Of a stretch of 64,000 nucleotides of DNA, positions 1 to 13,388 are shown in pieces. The DNA lies in assembly GCA_964016885.1 (NCBI GenBank), contig OZ024751.1, positions 24,738,001-24,802,000 on the forward strand, given 5' to 3'. A model generated the notes under the pieces. The model had not been told where the DNA came from, ran no database searches, and saw only the letters and a list, made by a program, of their open reading frames with translations. The DNA comes from Eledone cirrhosa (taxonomy: Eukaryota). The first letter of the stretch is position 1. Each line of letters starts with the position of its first letter. The position numbers and the translations under genes were made by a program.

Positions 1-373
1 TAGAGGAAATATTTCACGGGTCGTTGCCTATGGGTCTGTCATTTAGAGGCGCCGATCTTGTTTATAAAGAAGTGCTTTGCCCTTAATTTGCTCTGCACAT
101 GGGTTGGGTTGACAGGGGCTTTATATACATATATATACACACACACACACATATATATAATCATATGTACACGAATGTCTTAGCACACATCTGGTCATCT
201 ACTTATCTATGTACACATACATATGATTGCGTATATGGTTTGCTGAGATGTCTAAATTAATGATGTGTATAGTTTACAACAGGTATTGGTATTTTCTGAC
301 GTGAAATTAGGTTCGAAACATCAACATTAAATATGCTTAGAACTAGTGACTATATTATATACACATTTATGAT

Positions 374-412
<39 letters not shown>

Positions 413-449
413 ATATATATGACAGTATGTGTGTGTTTATTAGTGACAT

Positions 450-492
<43 letters not shown>

Positions 493-564
493 TTACGGGG
501 TCGATAAAATAAAGTACCAGTAATGCACTGAGTAATTGCTGGCCTTGTGCCAAAAAGTAGAAAC

Positions 565-609
<45 letters not shown>

Positions 610-717
610 CATGACAGTGTGTGTGTGCATTACTGACAGTATGTGTAAATATGTTTATATGTATACATATACGTGACAGTATTTGTGTGTATTAATGACA
701 GCATGTATATATATGTA

Positions 718-760
<43 letters not shown>

Positions 761-1729
761 GTTTGTGTGTATATAATGTATGTATGCATATACATACGTG
801 TGTATATATATATATATATACATATACAAATGTTTGTGTGTATATAATGTATGTATGCATATACATACGTGTATATATATATATACACGTATGTATATGC
901 ATACATACATTATATACACAAACATTTGTATATATATATATATGTGTGTGAATGAAGTAATTCCGTCGGAAAGGTCCAGGAAAAAAGAGTGCTCTATGTA
1001 GGTTACAGAGCTTAATAGTTATGTGTAGGTTACTATAACTATATATATATATAATATATATATATAATGTATATATATATAATATATATAATGTATATAT
1101 ATATAATATATATATATAATGTATATATATAATATATATATATATATAATATATATATATAATGTATATATATATATATATATAATGTATATATATATAT
1201 AATGTATATATATATATAATGTATATATATATATAATGTATATATATAATATAATGTATATATATAATATATAATATAATGTATATATATAATATATATA
1301 TATAATGTATATATATATAATGTATATATATATATATATAATGTATATATATATATATATAATGTATATATATATATATAATGTATATATATAATATAAT
1401 GTATATATATAATATATATATAATGTATATATATAATATAATGTATATATATATATAATATATGTATAATGTATATATATAATATATATATAATGTATAT
1501 ATATAATATATATATAATGTATATATATAATATATATATAATATATATATAATATATATATAATGTATATATATAATATATATAATATATATATAATGTA
1601 TATATATAATATATATATAATGTATATATATAATATATATATAATGTATATATATAATATATATATAATGTATATATATATATATATATAATGTATATAT
1701 ATATATATAATATATATATAATATATATA

Positions 1730-1794
<65 letters not shown>

Positions 1795-1797
1795 ATG

Positions 1798-1834
<37 letters not shown>

Positions 1835-2091
1835 GCGCTTGTGTGTGTGACTCATGTTGTAAACACATTTCAAGAGGTGTGTATCACAATAACTTTCGCA
1901 TGACTCAGTATATATACACACAGATAACACAAGGACTTTCAAATACATATACACATGGATATATATGGTTGCCTGTATATAACAAGGCTAGTTTTTTGTA
2001 AACGCATATTTTTGAGGGTATATCACTTATATTACCCACATAGAAATTGTCTGCATATATATATTTGCGTGTGTATATAACATTGAAAATA

Positions 2092-2130
<39 letters not shown>

Positions 2131-2196
2131 AACTGTTGACGAAGGGCTGTTGTAGATTTCACTAAATACTTAAATTGAGGAAATATGAGTCCTGTG

Positions 2197-2277
<81 letters not shown>

Positions 2278-2535
2278 AAAAAATGAAACGAAATTTCATA
2301 TATATATATATTATATGTATGTGTGTGTGTGTGTGTGTGTTAATGAATGTATATATATCATATATATGTGTGTGTGTGTTAATGAATGTATATATATATA
2401 TATATCATATATATGTGTGTGTGTTAATGAATGTATATATATATATATATCATATATGTGTGTGTGTGTGTTAATGAATATATATATATATATATATATA
2501 TCATATATATGTGTGTATGTGCGTGTGTGTGTTAA

Positions 2536-2595
<60 letters not shown>

Positions 2596-2605
2596 CACAC
2601 ATATA
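374..2605. repeat. Compound (TA)n/(TG)n microsatellite field, including a TATAATG-interrupted block at ~1040-1820
   Basis: Directly visible dinucleotide runs; they produce the Tyr-Ile repeat ORFs. Confidence 0.95.
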
Positions 2606-3260
2606 CAGGTTTCCAATGTACACAATACTATAATATTTATTTGCATATATATGTTTATGGCCCAACAGTACTCTCTAACTTGCGATCGAGCTAATTAAGG
2701 TATGTGTGAAGTTAAACATCTGTTTATGCAGTAAACAAGGTGATCCATGTGTATTGATAGCAAATTGAATCACAGTGTGGAAGTCAATAGTTTGAGATCT
2801 TCCAGGTTTCATGTGTTACATAAGCAATCATCAGTGCGTTATGAAATACGCCATATAATCACACAGATACATATGCACATATATATAAAGATGTTCATTT
2901 GAGTCTGTTGCCATGATATTAGATATGGTTATTTATTGTACTAGCTTCTCTCTCTTGAGTTAAGCACCATATTTAAAACGGGGAACAATTTCATGTGTCT
3001 GTTAGCAGTTCTGAGTTCTGTCATCGTATTCTCGTATGGTGGTTACTTCTCTAAAGATATGGAATCTGAAGTAACAGAATGATAAACTGAACTATATATA
3101 TATATATATATACATACCAACACATATATATATAAAGAGAGAGAGAATATATATATTAAAATGTATGATACAAATGTATTAAGAATCTATAAACTGTAAA
3201 CAATTGTGGTTACTCAGTAATAGTGGTAGAGAAACAAATGAATTTGTTCAGTTTTATATT

Positions 3261-3304
<44 letters not shown>

Positions 3305-3306
<2 letters not shown>

Positions 3307-3400
3307 GGGTGATCCCAAAAAATATATGCACACTTCAACAGCATTCTAATAAATATTGCTTGTACAGGTAATCAAAGTGGGTATACATTTTGGGGACACC

Positions 3401-3402
<2 letters not shown>
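3305..3402. mobile_element. Tiny Tc1/mariner-type MITE (further copies at 24566-24641, 38899-39008, 51520-51597)
   Basis: Terminal inverted repeats CAGGGTG(T/A)(T/C)CC..AAAA / TTTTGGGGACACCC, shared internal CAGCATTCTAATAAA, TA-rich flanks. The copy at 51520 reads TA|CAGGGTGTCCC...GGGACACCTTG|TA. Confidence 0.75.
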
Positions 3403-3437
<35 letters not shown>

Positions 3438-3785
3438 CACACGCGTGTGTGTATTTTTATGTAACAAAACTACATGCCAACAAGTGAGCCACTATATGGT
3501 CGCTTAATGCTAGAAATAGCAGCCAAATCTCTCTGAAACCACACCCAGCTGCATTTTATAAGATTTTCATATTGTTATATCAGATGTAACATTTACAGTA
3601 TGTGTCTGTTGTAACTTTACATGTTACACACTTTGGTGTTGTAACAGTCCTTGGTGATTTGAGGTTAGCTTTGCCTTTCATCCTAACTGGGTCGATAAAA
3701 TAAAGTACCAGTAATATACTGGGATTGATTTCGTCGACTTTGCCCTCCCCTAAAATTGCTGGCCTTGTGCATAAATCAGAAACCA

Positions 3786-5100
3786 TTATTATTATTGTAA
3801 CACCAAATGTAACACAGACTTTGGTTTTGGGTCTCAATATTATTTTTGTAACACCAAATGTAACATAGCCCTTAGTGTTTGGTCTTAATATTATTATTGT
3901 AACACCAAATGTAACACAGGCTTTGGTTTTGGGTCTCAATATTATTTTTGTAACACCAAATGTAACATAGCCCTTAGTGTTTGGTCTTAATATTATTATT
4001 GTAACACCAAATGTAACACAGGCTTTGGTGTTGGGTCTCAATATTATTTTTGTAACACCAAATGTAACATAGCCCTTAGTGTTGGGTCTTAATATTATTA
4101 TTGTAACACCAAATGTAACACAGGCTTTGGTGTTGGGTCTCAATATTATTTTTGTAACACCAAATGTAACATAGCCCTTAGTGTTGGGTCTTAATATTAT
4201 TATTGTAACACCAAATGTAACACAGGCTTTGGTGTTGGGTCTCAATATTATTTTTGTAACACCAAATGTAACATAGCCCTTAGTGTTGGGTCTTAATATT
4301 ATTATTGTAACACCAAATGTAACACAGGCTTTGGTGTTGGGTCTCAATATTATTTTTGTAACACCAAATGTAACATAGCCCTTAGTGTTGGGTCTTAATA
4401 TTATTATTGTAACACCAAATGTAACACAGGCTTTGGTGTTGGGTCTCAATATTATTTTTGTAACACCAAATGTAACATAGCCCTTAGTGTTGGGTCTTAA
4501 TATTATTATTGTAACACCAAATGTAACACAGGCTTTGGTGTTGGGTCTCAATATTATTTTTGTAAAACCAAATGTAACATAGCCCTTAGTGTTGGGTCTT
4601 AATATTATTATTGTAACACCAAATGTAACACAGGCTTTGGTGTTGGGTCTCAATATTATTTTTGTAACACCAAATGTAACATAGCCCTTAGTGTTTGGTC
4701 TTAATATTATTATTGTAACACCAAATGTAACACAGGCTTTTGGTGTTGGGTCTCAATATTGTTATTGTAACACCAAATGTAACATAGCCCTTAGTGTTTG
4801 GTCTTAATATTATTATTGTAACACCAAATGTAACACAGGCTTTTGGTGTTGGGTCTCAATATTGTTATTGTAACACCAAATGTAACATAGCCCTTAGTGT
4901 TTGGTCTTAATATTATTATTGTAACACCAAATGTAACACAGGCTTTTGGTGTTGGGTCTCAATATTGTTATTGTAACACCAAATGTAACATAGCCCTTAG
5001 TGTTTGGTCTTAATATTATTTTTGTAACACCAATGAAACAGGCTTTTGGTGTTGGGTCTCAATATTGTTATTGTAACACCAAATGTTACACAATCCTTGG
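3786..5100. repeat. Minisatellite: two alternating 51-bp monomers forming a 102-bp unit, about 13 dimers
   Basis: ATTATTATTGTAACACCAAATGTAACACAGGCTTTGGTGTTGGGTCTCAAT alternates with ATTATTTTTGTAACACCAAATGTAACATAGCCCTTAGTGTTGGGTCTTAAT. Confidence 0.97.
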
Positions 5101-5104
5101 GTCT

Positions 5105-5880
5105 TTTAATCCTTTTGAATACCAAGCTGTCTGAAACTTGCCCTGGTTCTACAAAACTGTTTGTTTTAAAGTGTTTATGTTTATCTATAAACCTTCCATC
5201 CTAATTTTATGTAAGACACTTTCTTAAGCCATGTATCTCTCTAAATTCATGATTATTTGGAAATTACAGGCACAAATCTTTCATTAGAAATATGATAACG
5301 AAAGGGTTAAAATGTTTATATTTTTCTAAAACCCATACATCATTATTCTATGTAAGACCCTTTAAGCCATGCTCCAAACACCACCTTAATAATAAGAAAG
5401 TTATATTATAAACCCCTTCAAATTTTGGATCATTTTCAAAATTATTTGAAAATTACAGGCACAATCTTTCATTAGAAATATAGGGTTAAAATGTTTATAT
5501 TTTTCTAAAACCCATACATCATTATTCTATGTAAGACCCTTTAAGCCATGCTCCAAACACCACCTTAATAATAAGAAAGTTATATTATAAACCCCTTCAA
5601 ATTTTGGATCATTTTCAAAATTATTTGAAAATTACAGGCACAATCTTTCATTAGAAATATAGGGTTAAAATGTTTATATTTTTCTAAAACCCATACATCA
5701 TTATTCTATGTAAGACCCTTTAAGCCATGCTCCAAACACCACCTTAATAATAAGAAAGTTATATTATAAACCCCTTCAAATTTTGGATCATTTTCAAAAT
5801 TATTTGAAAATTACAGGCACAATCTTTCATTAGAAATATAGGGTTAAAATGTTTATATTTTTCTAAAACCCATACATCAT
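5105..5880. repeat. TTAA-type MITE (family B) followed by a 179-bp tandem triplication of its right half
   Basis: End motif ATTAGAAATATGATAACGAAAGGGTTAA; GGGTTAAAATG recurs at 5304, 5483, 5662 and 5841 (period 179). Related pieces near 10000-10496, 28140-28295, 29160-29390 and 46560-46670. Confidence 0.8.
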
Positions 5881-6243
5881 AGTTGTATGTGTCATGTTAG
5901 AAACAGCTTAATAATTATTTCTACTTTTGGCACAAGGCCAGCAATTATACCAGTGCATTACTGGTACTTTATTTTATCGACCCCATAAGGATGAAAGGCA
6001 AAGTTAACCAAGGCGGGATTTGAACTCAGATTAATAATGAGAATGTTATATTACTTAATTTCTCCAAGTTTTTTATTATTTTCAAAATTATTTGAAAAAT
6101 ACCGACGGAGTCTTTCATTAGAAATATGGTAAGGAATATGTGGATATTTAGTGTGTTATAACACAGACCTTGACATTGGCTTTTAACATTATTATGTCTA
6201 CTTTATGTAAACCCTTGTGGTTAATAAAGAAAGCATCATTATT

Positions 6244-7790
6244 AGTGGATTGGCAGTATTGGTAGAGGGTCAGACGCCTTGCTTTGACGCATAGAGTTAC
6301 GGCCCTTGCCATTCTGAGTTCAAATCCCGCCGAGGTTAACTTTACCTTTCATCCTTACGGGGTCGATAAAATAAAGTACCAGTAATACACTGGGTAATTG
6401 TTGGCCCTGTGCCTAAAATAGAAATAATTATTATTATGGTTGATGAATGGGCAGTGGATTGGCAGTATCGGTAGAGAGTCGGACGCCATGCTTTGCAGCA
6501 AAGAGTTACGGCCCTTTATGGTCTGAGTTCAAATCCCGCCGAGGTTAACTTTGCCTTTCATCCTTACGGGGTCGATAAAATAAAGTACCAGTAATGCACT
6601 GGGTAATTGCTGGCCTTGTGCCAAAAATAGAAACAATTATTATTATTATGGTTGATAAATAAAAGGGTGGTGGATTGGTAGTATCGGTAGAGGGTCGGAC
6701 GCCATGCTTTCCAGCATAGTTACGTCCCTTTACGATCTGAGTTCAAATCCTGCCGAGGTTGACTTTGCCTTTCATCCTTACGGGGTCGATAAAATAAAGT
6801 ACCAGTAATGCACTGGGTAATTGCTGGCCTTGTGCCTAAAGTAGAAACAATTATTATGGTTGATAAATAAAGCACCAGTAATGTGCTGGTTCGATTTGAT
6901 CGGCTGGCCTTGTGCCTATAGTAGAATAACTTTTCCTTTCATTGTTACAGGGTCGATAAAATAAAGTAACAGTAATACACTGGGGTGTATTGCTGGCCTT
7001 GTGCCAAAAGTAGAAACAATTATTATTATTATTTGCCGATGAAGGGCGGTGGATTGGCAGTATCAGTAGAGGGTCGGACGCCATGGTTTGCAGCACAGTT
7101 ACGTCCCTTTATGGTCTGAATTCAAACTTCATCCTTACGGGGTCGATAAAATAAAGTACCAGTAATACACTGGGATAATTGCTGGCCTTGTGCCAAAAGT
7201 AGAAACAATTATTTATATGGTGGATTTGTAGTTTCAGTAGAGGGTCGGACGCCATGCTTTGCAGCACAGAGTTACGGCCCTTTACGGTCTGAATTCAAAC
7301 TTCATCCTTACGGGGTCGATAAAATAAAGTACCAGTAATACACTGGGATAATTGCTGGCCTTGTGCCAAAAGTAGAAACAATTATTTATATCGTGGATTT
7401 GTAGTTTCAGTAGAGGGTCGGACGCCATGCTTTGCAGCACAGAGTTATGGCCCTTAACGGTCTGAATTCAAATCCCGCCGAGGTTAACTTTGCCTTTCAT
7501 CCTTACGGGGTCGATAAAGTAAAGTACCAGTAATGCACTGGGATAATTGCTGGCCTTGTGCCAAAAGTAGAAAGAATTATTATTTGGCAGTATTGGTAGA
7601 GGGTCGGATGCCATGCTTTGACGCATAGAGTTACAGCCCTTGCCATTCTGAGTTCAAATCCCGCCGAGGTTAACTTTGCCTTTCATCCTTACTGGGTCGA
7701 TAAAGTAAAGTACCAGTAATACACTGGGTAATTGCTGGCCTTGTGCCTAACGTAGAAACAATTATTTGCCGAGGTTAGTTTTACCTTTCA
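6244..7790 (+). mobile_element. Head-to-tail cluster of about 8 tRNA-derived SINE copies (family 1)
   Basis: Repeated ~190-bp unit with A-box-like TGGCAGTATCGG, B-box GAGTTCAAATCC, body TTGCCTTTCATCCTTACGGGGTCGATAAAATAAAGTACCAG and an (ATT)n tail. Confidence 0.9.
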
Positions 7791-8035
7791 TTCTTGAGGT
7801 TGCTTAAAATAAGTGGAAATAATTATGCCTCAGAATTGTCAGTTACGGCCATCTTCCTCCTCTTCTTCCTCCGTTTCTAGCTTTTCACTAAACACCATTC
7901 TCCACCCCACCCCTATTGTCTGCTACCCTTTTCACACAGCAGCTCTTCTTCCCCCCCCCTCTCTCTCTCTCTCTCTCTCTTTGTAGTATTGCCACATACA
8001 ACCATGTTACCTGTACTGTCAGTCACTAATCAACC

Positions 8036-8470
8036 CTATGTGTATATATATCATCCTGTGTGTGTGTGTGTATATATTATCATGTGTGTGTGTGTATCGT
8101 GTGTATGTGTGTGTATATATCATCTTATATGTGTGTGTGTGTGTGTATATATATCATCATGTGTGTGTGTGTATCGTGTGTATGTGTGTGTATATATCAT
8201 CTTATATGTGTGTGTGTATATATATATCATCCTGTGTGTGTGTGTGTATATTGTGTGTGTGTATCGTGTGTATGTGTGTGTATATATCATCTTATGTGTG
8301 TGTGTATATATATCATCCTGTGTGTGTGTGTGTGTATATATTATCGTGTGTGTGTGTGTGTGTATCGTGTGTGTGTGTGTGTATATCTCATCTTATATGT
8401 GTGTGTGTGTGTATATATATCATCATGTGTATGTCTGTATTTATCATCGGGTGTGTGTGTGTATATCATT
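8036..8470. repeat. (TG)n/(TA)n compound microsatellite
   Basis: Visible repeat with ATCATC interruptions. Confidence 0.9.
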
Positions 8471-8473
8471 ATA

Positions 8474-8652
8474 TGGCAGTATCTGTAGAGGGTCGGACGC
8501 CATGTTTTGTAGCAAAGAGTTACGGCCCTTTATGGTCTGCGTTCAAATCCCGCCGAGGTTAACTTTGCCTTTCATCCTTACGGGGTCGATAAAGTAAAGT
8601 ACCAGTAATGTACTGGGTAATTGCTGGCCTTGTGCCAAAAGTAGAAGCAATT
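8474..8652 (+). mobile_element. SINE family 1 copy. Other copies or fragments: 491-570, 3660-3790, 5915-6030(-), 12135-12320, 12621-12803, 19370-19510, 26930-27105, 27170-27360, 38538-38815, 39920-39990(-), 43560-43752, 58478-58832, 60725-61110(-)
   Basis: Same A/B-box head and GCCTTTCATCCTTACGGGGTCGATAAA body. The 12621 copy is flanked by a duplicated ATTATTTTGA. Confidence 0.9.
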
Positions 8653-8679
8653 ATATCATATATGTGGTTGTGTATATGT

Positions 8680-8912
8680 ATCATCACCATCATCATCACC
8701 ACCACCATCATCATCATCACCATCATCACCACCACCACCATCATCATCACCACCATCACCACCATCATCACCACCATCATCACCACCACCACCATCATCA
8801 CCATCACCACCATCACCACCACCATCACCGCCACCACCATCATCACCACCACCACCATCATCACCACAATCAACATCATCACCACCATCATCACCATCAT
8901 CACCATCATCAT
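8680..8912. repeat. (CAT/CAC)n trinucleotide expansion at the tail of a minus-strand SINE
   Basis: Contiguous with the (TGA)n tail of the SINE at 8913-9232; source of the poly-His pseudo-ORF. Confidence 0.9.
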
Positions 8913-9232
8913 CATTTTACGTCCGCTTTTTCCTGCTTGCAAGGGTGGGACAGGAACTGATTCTGGCTTGATTTCTACAGCTGATATGCCCTTCCTAACA
9001 CCAACCTCATTTACAGTGAGTGCTGGGTGCTTTTTTGCCGTGGCACCTCCACGACCACTTTGCAGTGGAATGATAGGGACCCCAGTCCCTATCATCTCAT
9101 TTCTACAGCTGAGTAAACTGGAGCAATGTGAAATAAAGTGTCTTGCTCAAGGAAACAACACATCACCTGGCCTGAGAATTGAACTCACAACCTTTCGATT
9201 GCAAGGCTCTAACCACTAAGCCATGTGCCTCC
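8913..9232 (-). mobile_element. tRNA-derived CORE-like SINE with RTE-type tail (family 2)
   Basis: Reverse complement of the 15046 copy. Confidence 0.9.
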
Positions 9233-9600
9233 ATATATATATTTTTAGATGTACATATTTTTAGATTCAAAAGTACCATTTTCTAAAAACCTTTTCCGCG
9301 TGTATTGGTGGTGGTTGGTGGTATTGGTTGCTTCTGTTTTTATCAACCGATTTCTCATTCCAGATAGATGTTCGAAGACTATCATGTGCGCATGTCGTAT
9401 GAGGATCAATGTTTCTCATTTGGAAAAGCCTAGCTTTAACCCTTTTGTAACCATATTCCTCATGTTGGTGTCAGGTACTGCCGATGTGTTACAGTTAATT
9501 TGACCAAGAATTGAAGTGTAACAAAAAAAATGAAAATGTAATTTATAGCTCATACCTATGCAGGTTAAATTGGCATCTCATAGGAGTCTTCTTGGGATTT

Positions 9601-9815
9601 TTAACCATTTAGCATTTACTTTACTCTATATATATACTATTGTATTTTCATGGTTATGGCTTTATTTCACATAATATCTCACATAATATCGAATCTATGA
9701 GATTTTGAGAATAATACCTTAACAACAGTATGGTTGGCTAGTTATGGTCGGTTTGAACAGAAAGAGCTGAGAGAATTCTGGCCAGATACAACTGGTTTAA
9801 ATGCTAAAGGGTTAA
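9601..9815. mobile_element. piggyBac-type MITE, family A (~210 bp). Further copies: 19074-19299, 20017-20236, 27917-28141, 28420-28630, 29646-29868, 30791-31007, 55771-55979, 56872-57072; partial at 12320-12469
   Basis: TTAA|CCCTTTAGCATT ... AATGCTAAAGGG|TTAA termini with a conserved interior (ATCGAATCTATGAGATTTTGA, GAACAGAAAGAGGTGAGAGAATTCTGGCC). Confidence 0.9.
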
Positions 9816-11049
9816 AACTGGCCCTGTTATGAAAAGCTACTTGAAATTAAACATTTTGCTTTAGAACTACCTGGTCCAGTAATTGAACCCATGACCTCAT
9901 GGTCACAAATCTGACACCCTAACCATTAAGCCACATATGTTCACCTCAAGAATAGAAAATGAATTAACTAACTTTTTTATCATTCACACTTTTGTTGTCA
10001 TATTCCTAATGAAATACACTGCCTATGATTTCTAAATAATTTTGAAAAGAATTTAGAGAGATTGGGTTAACTTTCTCATTATTTATCTGGTGTTTAGAAC
10101 AAGATTCTTATATAAAATTATAAACCTGTCAACTCTCCCTGTCCGATGGGAAGATCTCCCACCTACATTGGGGTGGGTGAGATGTTTTCTCTTGTGAAAA
10201 TGGGTATATCTTTCATTATGTAAAATCTTTTTTTCATAGTACTCCCCGTTTGGGTCTTTAGAGGTTAACAGGCTTGAAATTATGATGGAGGGTTTTTAGA
10301 TATATAAATATAAACACTTTAAAACAAACAATTTTGTATCATAGAAGCAGGGAGGATTTCCGGCAGATTGATATTTGTGATATATGACTTACCCCCAAAA
10401 AGAATTTTACATAAAATTATGATGAACACTTTAAAATGAGAGATTTTGTATGACAATAAAAGGTGGTCTCATAAAAGTTGCTACGAAAAGGGTTAAAGCA
10501 TGCAGCATAATCTTGTAATTAATTAATGCTAACGAGCATATTTCTAGCCTGTTACAGCATGTTAGGTGTCTGTTGCATCTTATTTACCTGATGTTTCAGT
10601 TTTCTTCAGGAAATGTCCTCATTATTTTACTTAAATTCTTTCTTTTCCTTTTCTTCATTGAAGACTAGATTTATAGACAAAAAAATATTTAAGGTTTAGA
10701 AATCCTATGACTATATATATATACACACACTACAATTGTTTATATGTTTATACATATATGAACACAAATATATATATGTGTATGTACATATGCATAATTT
10801 TACGTTGAATTCATGTCTATCTAAGCATTTATATTATTGCATATATATATTTATATATACATAGGAATATGTATATATTTATGTATATACACATGTGTAT
10901 ATATATTTATATATATACATGTGTATATATATTTATGTATATACATATGTGTATATATATTTATGTATATACATATGTGTATATATATTTATGTATATAC
11001 ATATGTATATCTATTTCTCTATATATATATATGCATGCACACATGTAAA

Positions 11050-11305
11050 AATGATAATAATGAAATTATTGTGTAAAAGTGCTCAGGTGCACTACAACTC
11101 GTCAAAGGTGCATGTATAGTACATAGAATAATATACAAATGTCAGGGAAGTGAATAGTGTATGAGTCATGATATACAGGTTTTATAAGTGTATGGAGGGG
11201 GGACATTAGGTGTAGTGTTGGCGAATCTCGGAAAGCATGGAGGTTTTAAAGGATGCAGTGTCTCGACAGCTAACAACTGATGCAGGTAGTTTGTTCCATG
11301 CTTAT
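11050..11305 (-). mobile_element. 3' end of a CR1/L2-group LINE (a second 3' UTR piece at 58135-58260)
   Basis: Minus strand translates AWNKLPASVVSCRDTASFKTSML..., the WNxLP..FK C-terminal motif of CR1/L2-group ORF2, followed by a UTR and an (ATT)-like tail. Confidence 0.75.
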
Positions 11306-11334
11306 ACGGTTATAAATATAGACATTCATTATCA

Positions 11335-12050
11335 TTATCATCATCCTATATGTCTGTTTTTCATGCTGGCATGAGTTGGATGATGCCCTTCCTGCACAGC
11401 CTCTTTTCACACATTGTGTTCCTTTGTCATCTCCTCTCAGGTTTAGTGTTCTCACCACTTATGCCCAGAATTTCATTGGCTTTCCTCTACTGTACCTTCC
11501 TTCCAATGGAAGCTCCTGGCACTTTTTCATCCAACAATCCCCATGGCCCTACCATTGCAGTCTTCTTTCATACACATTTTATTTCTCTTATACTCATTTT
11601 CTCAGTTCATCCATACTTTACTATACATACACATTAACATCAAACATCCATCAAAGCATGCTTGCTTCATTACTCTTCAGTCTTTGCATGTCTTCTGTAT
11701 ATACTGCCCATGTTTCACTTCTATGCAACCCCTCACTTCATTTGCGGGCAACATACATTAGGTCACCTAGGTAACAGAAGCTATCAATACTTCTTTGGAT
11801 TTTTCTCAGGATTGGAAAAAGCTTACTTTAGTTGGGATCTTAGTACTAACTACCCCCTGTGCATTTCTTGCATACAAAGTCTACCATATCTGTTAGTCTG
11901 CCTACAATCTCACTGCATTGCTTGTCTACCTAAGTTTTACATTGTGTACATCACAATGGATTTCTACCTACATATCGAGCAAGGCCACTTCCTTGATGGG
12001 ATCAGAGTCCTGTCTTCTTTCCTACTTATTAAAACTTTGGTCTCTCACCC
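11335..12050 (-). mobile_element. Decayed RTE-clade LINE 3' fragment
   Basis: Similar to the RTE copies at 32400-32860 and 49776-50392 (TACCTAGGTGA, AGCATGCTT..ATGGATGT blocks); many stops and frameshifts. Confidence 0.75.
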
Positions 12051-13388
12051 TTTAGCATTTACATTACTCTTACTATTGCATATTTTCGGTAAAAGCCTTA
12101 TCTCACATCATTATTTCACATAATAAATGGAATGTGGATTGGCAGTATCGGTAGAGGGTCGGACGCCATGCTTTCCAGCATAGTTACGTCCCTTTACGAT
12201 CTGAGTTCAAATCCCGCCGAGGTTGACTTTGCCTTTCATCCTTACGGGGTCGATAAAATAAAGTACCAGTAATGCACTGGGTAATTGCTGGCCTTGTGCC
12301 TAAAGTAGAAACAATTATTTCACATAATATCGAATCTGAGATTTTGATATTATTTATCTTGAGAACAATATTTTAACATCGGTTTGAGTTGCCTGTTACA
12401 GCCGGTTTGAACAGAAAGAGGTGAGAGAATTCTGGCCGGATATGGCCAGTTTAAATGATAAAGGGTTAAGTTTACTCTGAGTCCCTTTGATTCTCATGCT
12501 TTTTCATTGTTTTAGCTATAAGATCTAGGTTGATTGGATTTAGGAATTCCCATGGATTTTAACCCTTTAGCATTCACATTAATTTTCAAATGTCATGCTT
12601 ATCTATTCTCATTATTTTGATTGGCAGTATCGGTAGAGGGTCTGGCGCCATGCATTGCAGCAAAGAGTTACGGCCCTTTATGGTCTGAGTTCAAATCCCG
12701 CCGAGTTTAACTTTGCCTTTCATCCTTATGGGGGTCGATAAAATAAAGTACCAGTAATATACTGGGTAATTGCTGGCCTTGTGCCAAATGTAGAAACAAT
12801 TATTTTGAGTTAATCATACTCAAGAGGGTTATCAATTTTATTTGTTTGTAATTTTCTTAATTTTCTATGTGCAGACTTGAAATTTTGTCAGATGTTAAAA
12901 TATTAATAATTTACAATTGTATATTTTTACTGATTTTTTTTTGTTTTGTTAAATTTGACTTTTATGGGCAGGTGAAATTAATTAACAGGTGTAAAAGTAA
13001 TGACTTTATGGATAAACACAAAAATTTAAACTTTATCTGACTTACCTGTTTGATTTTTTACAAAAAATATCTACAATGACCTAGATGTTGACTTCCAACA
13101 ATTTTAGCACTTTTCCGAACAGGTGAATTAATTTAAAATGCAGGTATAATCAGTACACGGTTTTAGTCTGTCTCTACATTTCAAATATTTTCATTGAAAA
13201 AAATGTATAAAACCCTTTCACCAGTCAAAATAATATTGGCAATGTACTCTTACACAATGTACTCAGTAGATTTAAAAAGAATGTGTTCAATATATAAGTT
13301 CATTAACAGGTGGGATGCAGGTGTGACACAGGTGAATGCAGGTGTTTTTGTATCTAATGTGTTCCAATATATTTTAAAAATATTTTTT

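Noticed and set aside
630-1954. Long Tyr/Ile ORFs (also 24787-26200, 40154-41971, 42362-43003, 58962-60300)
   Set aside because: They are translations of (TA)n/(TG)n microsatellites that lack stops by composition.
2640-2706. Candidate upstream non-coding DUSP exons with donor-like AAG|GTATGT (2700) or TAG|GTAAAT (50575)
   Set aside because: Donor-like hexamers alone are too common; transcript data are needed.
3580-4653. 357-aa repeat ORF (RPNTK...)
   Set aside because: The 51-bp unit is a multiple of three; the frame breaks where units gain a base, and there is no splice or start context.
8559-9219. Poly-His, poly-Thr/Ile and poly-Met/Val ORFs
   Set aside because: An expanded (CAT/CAC)n SINE tail plus SINE sequence.
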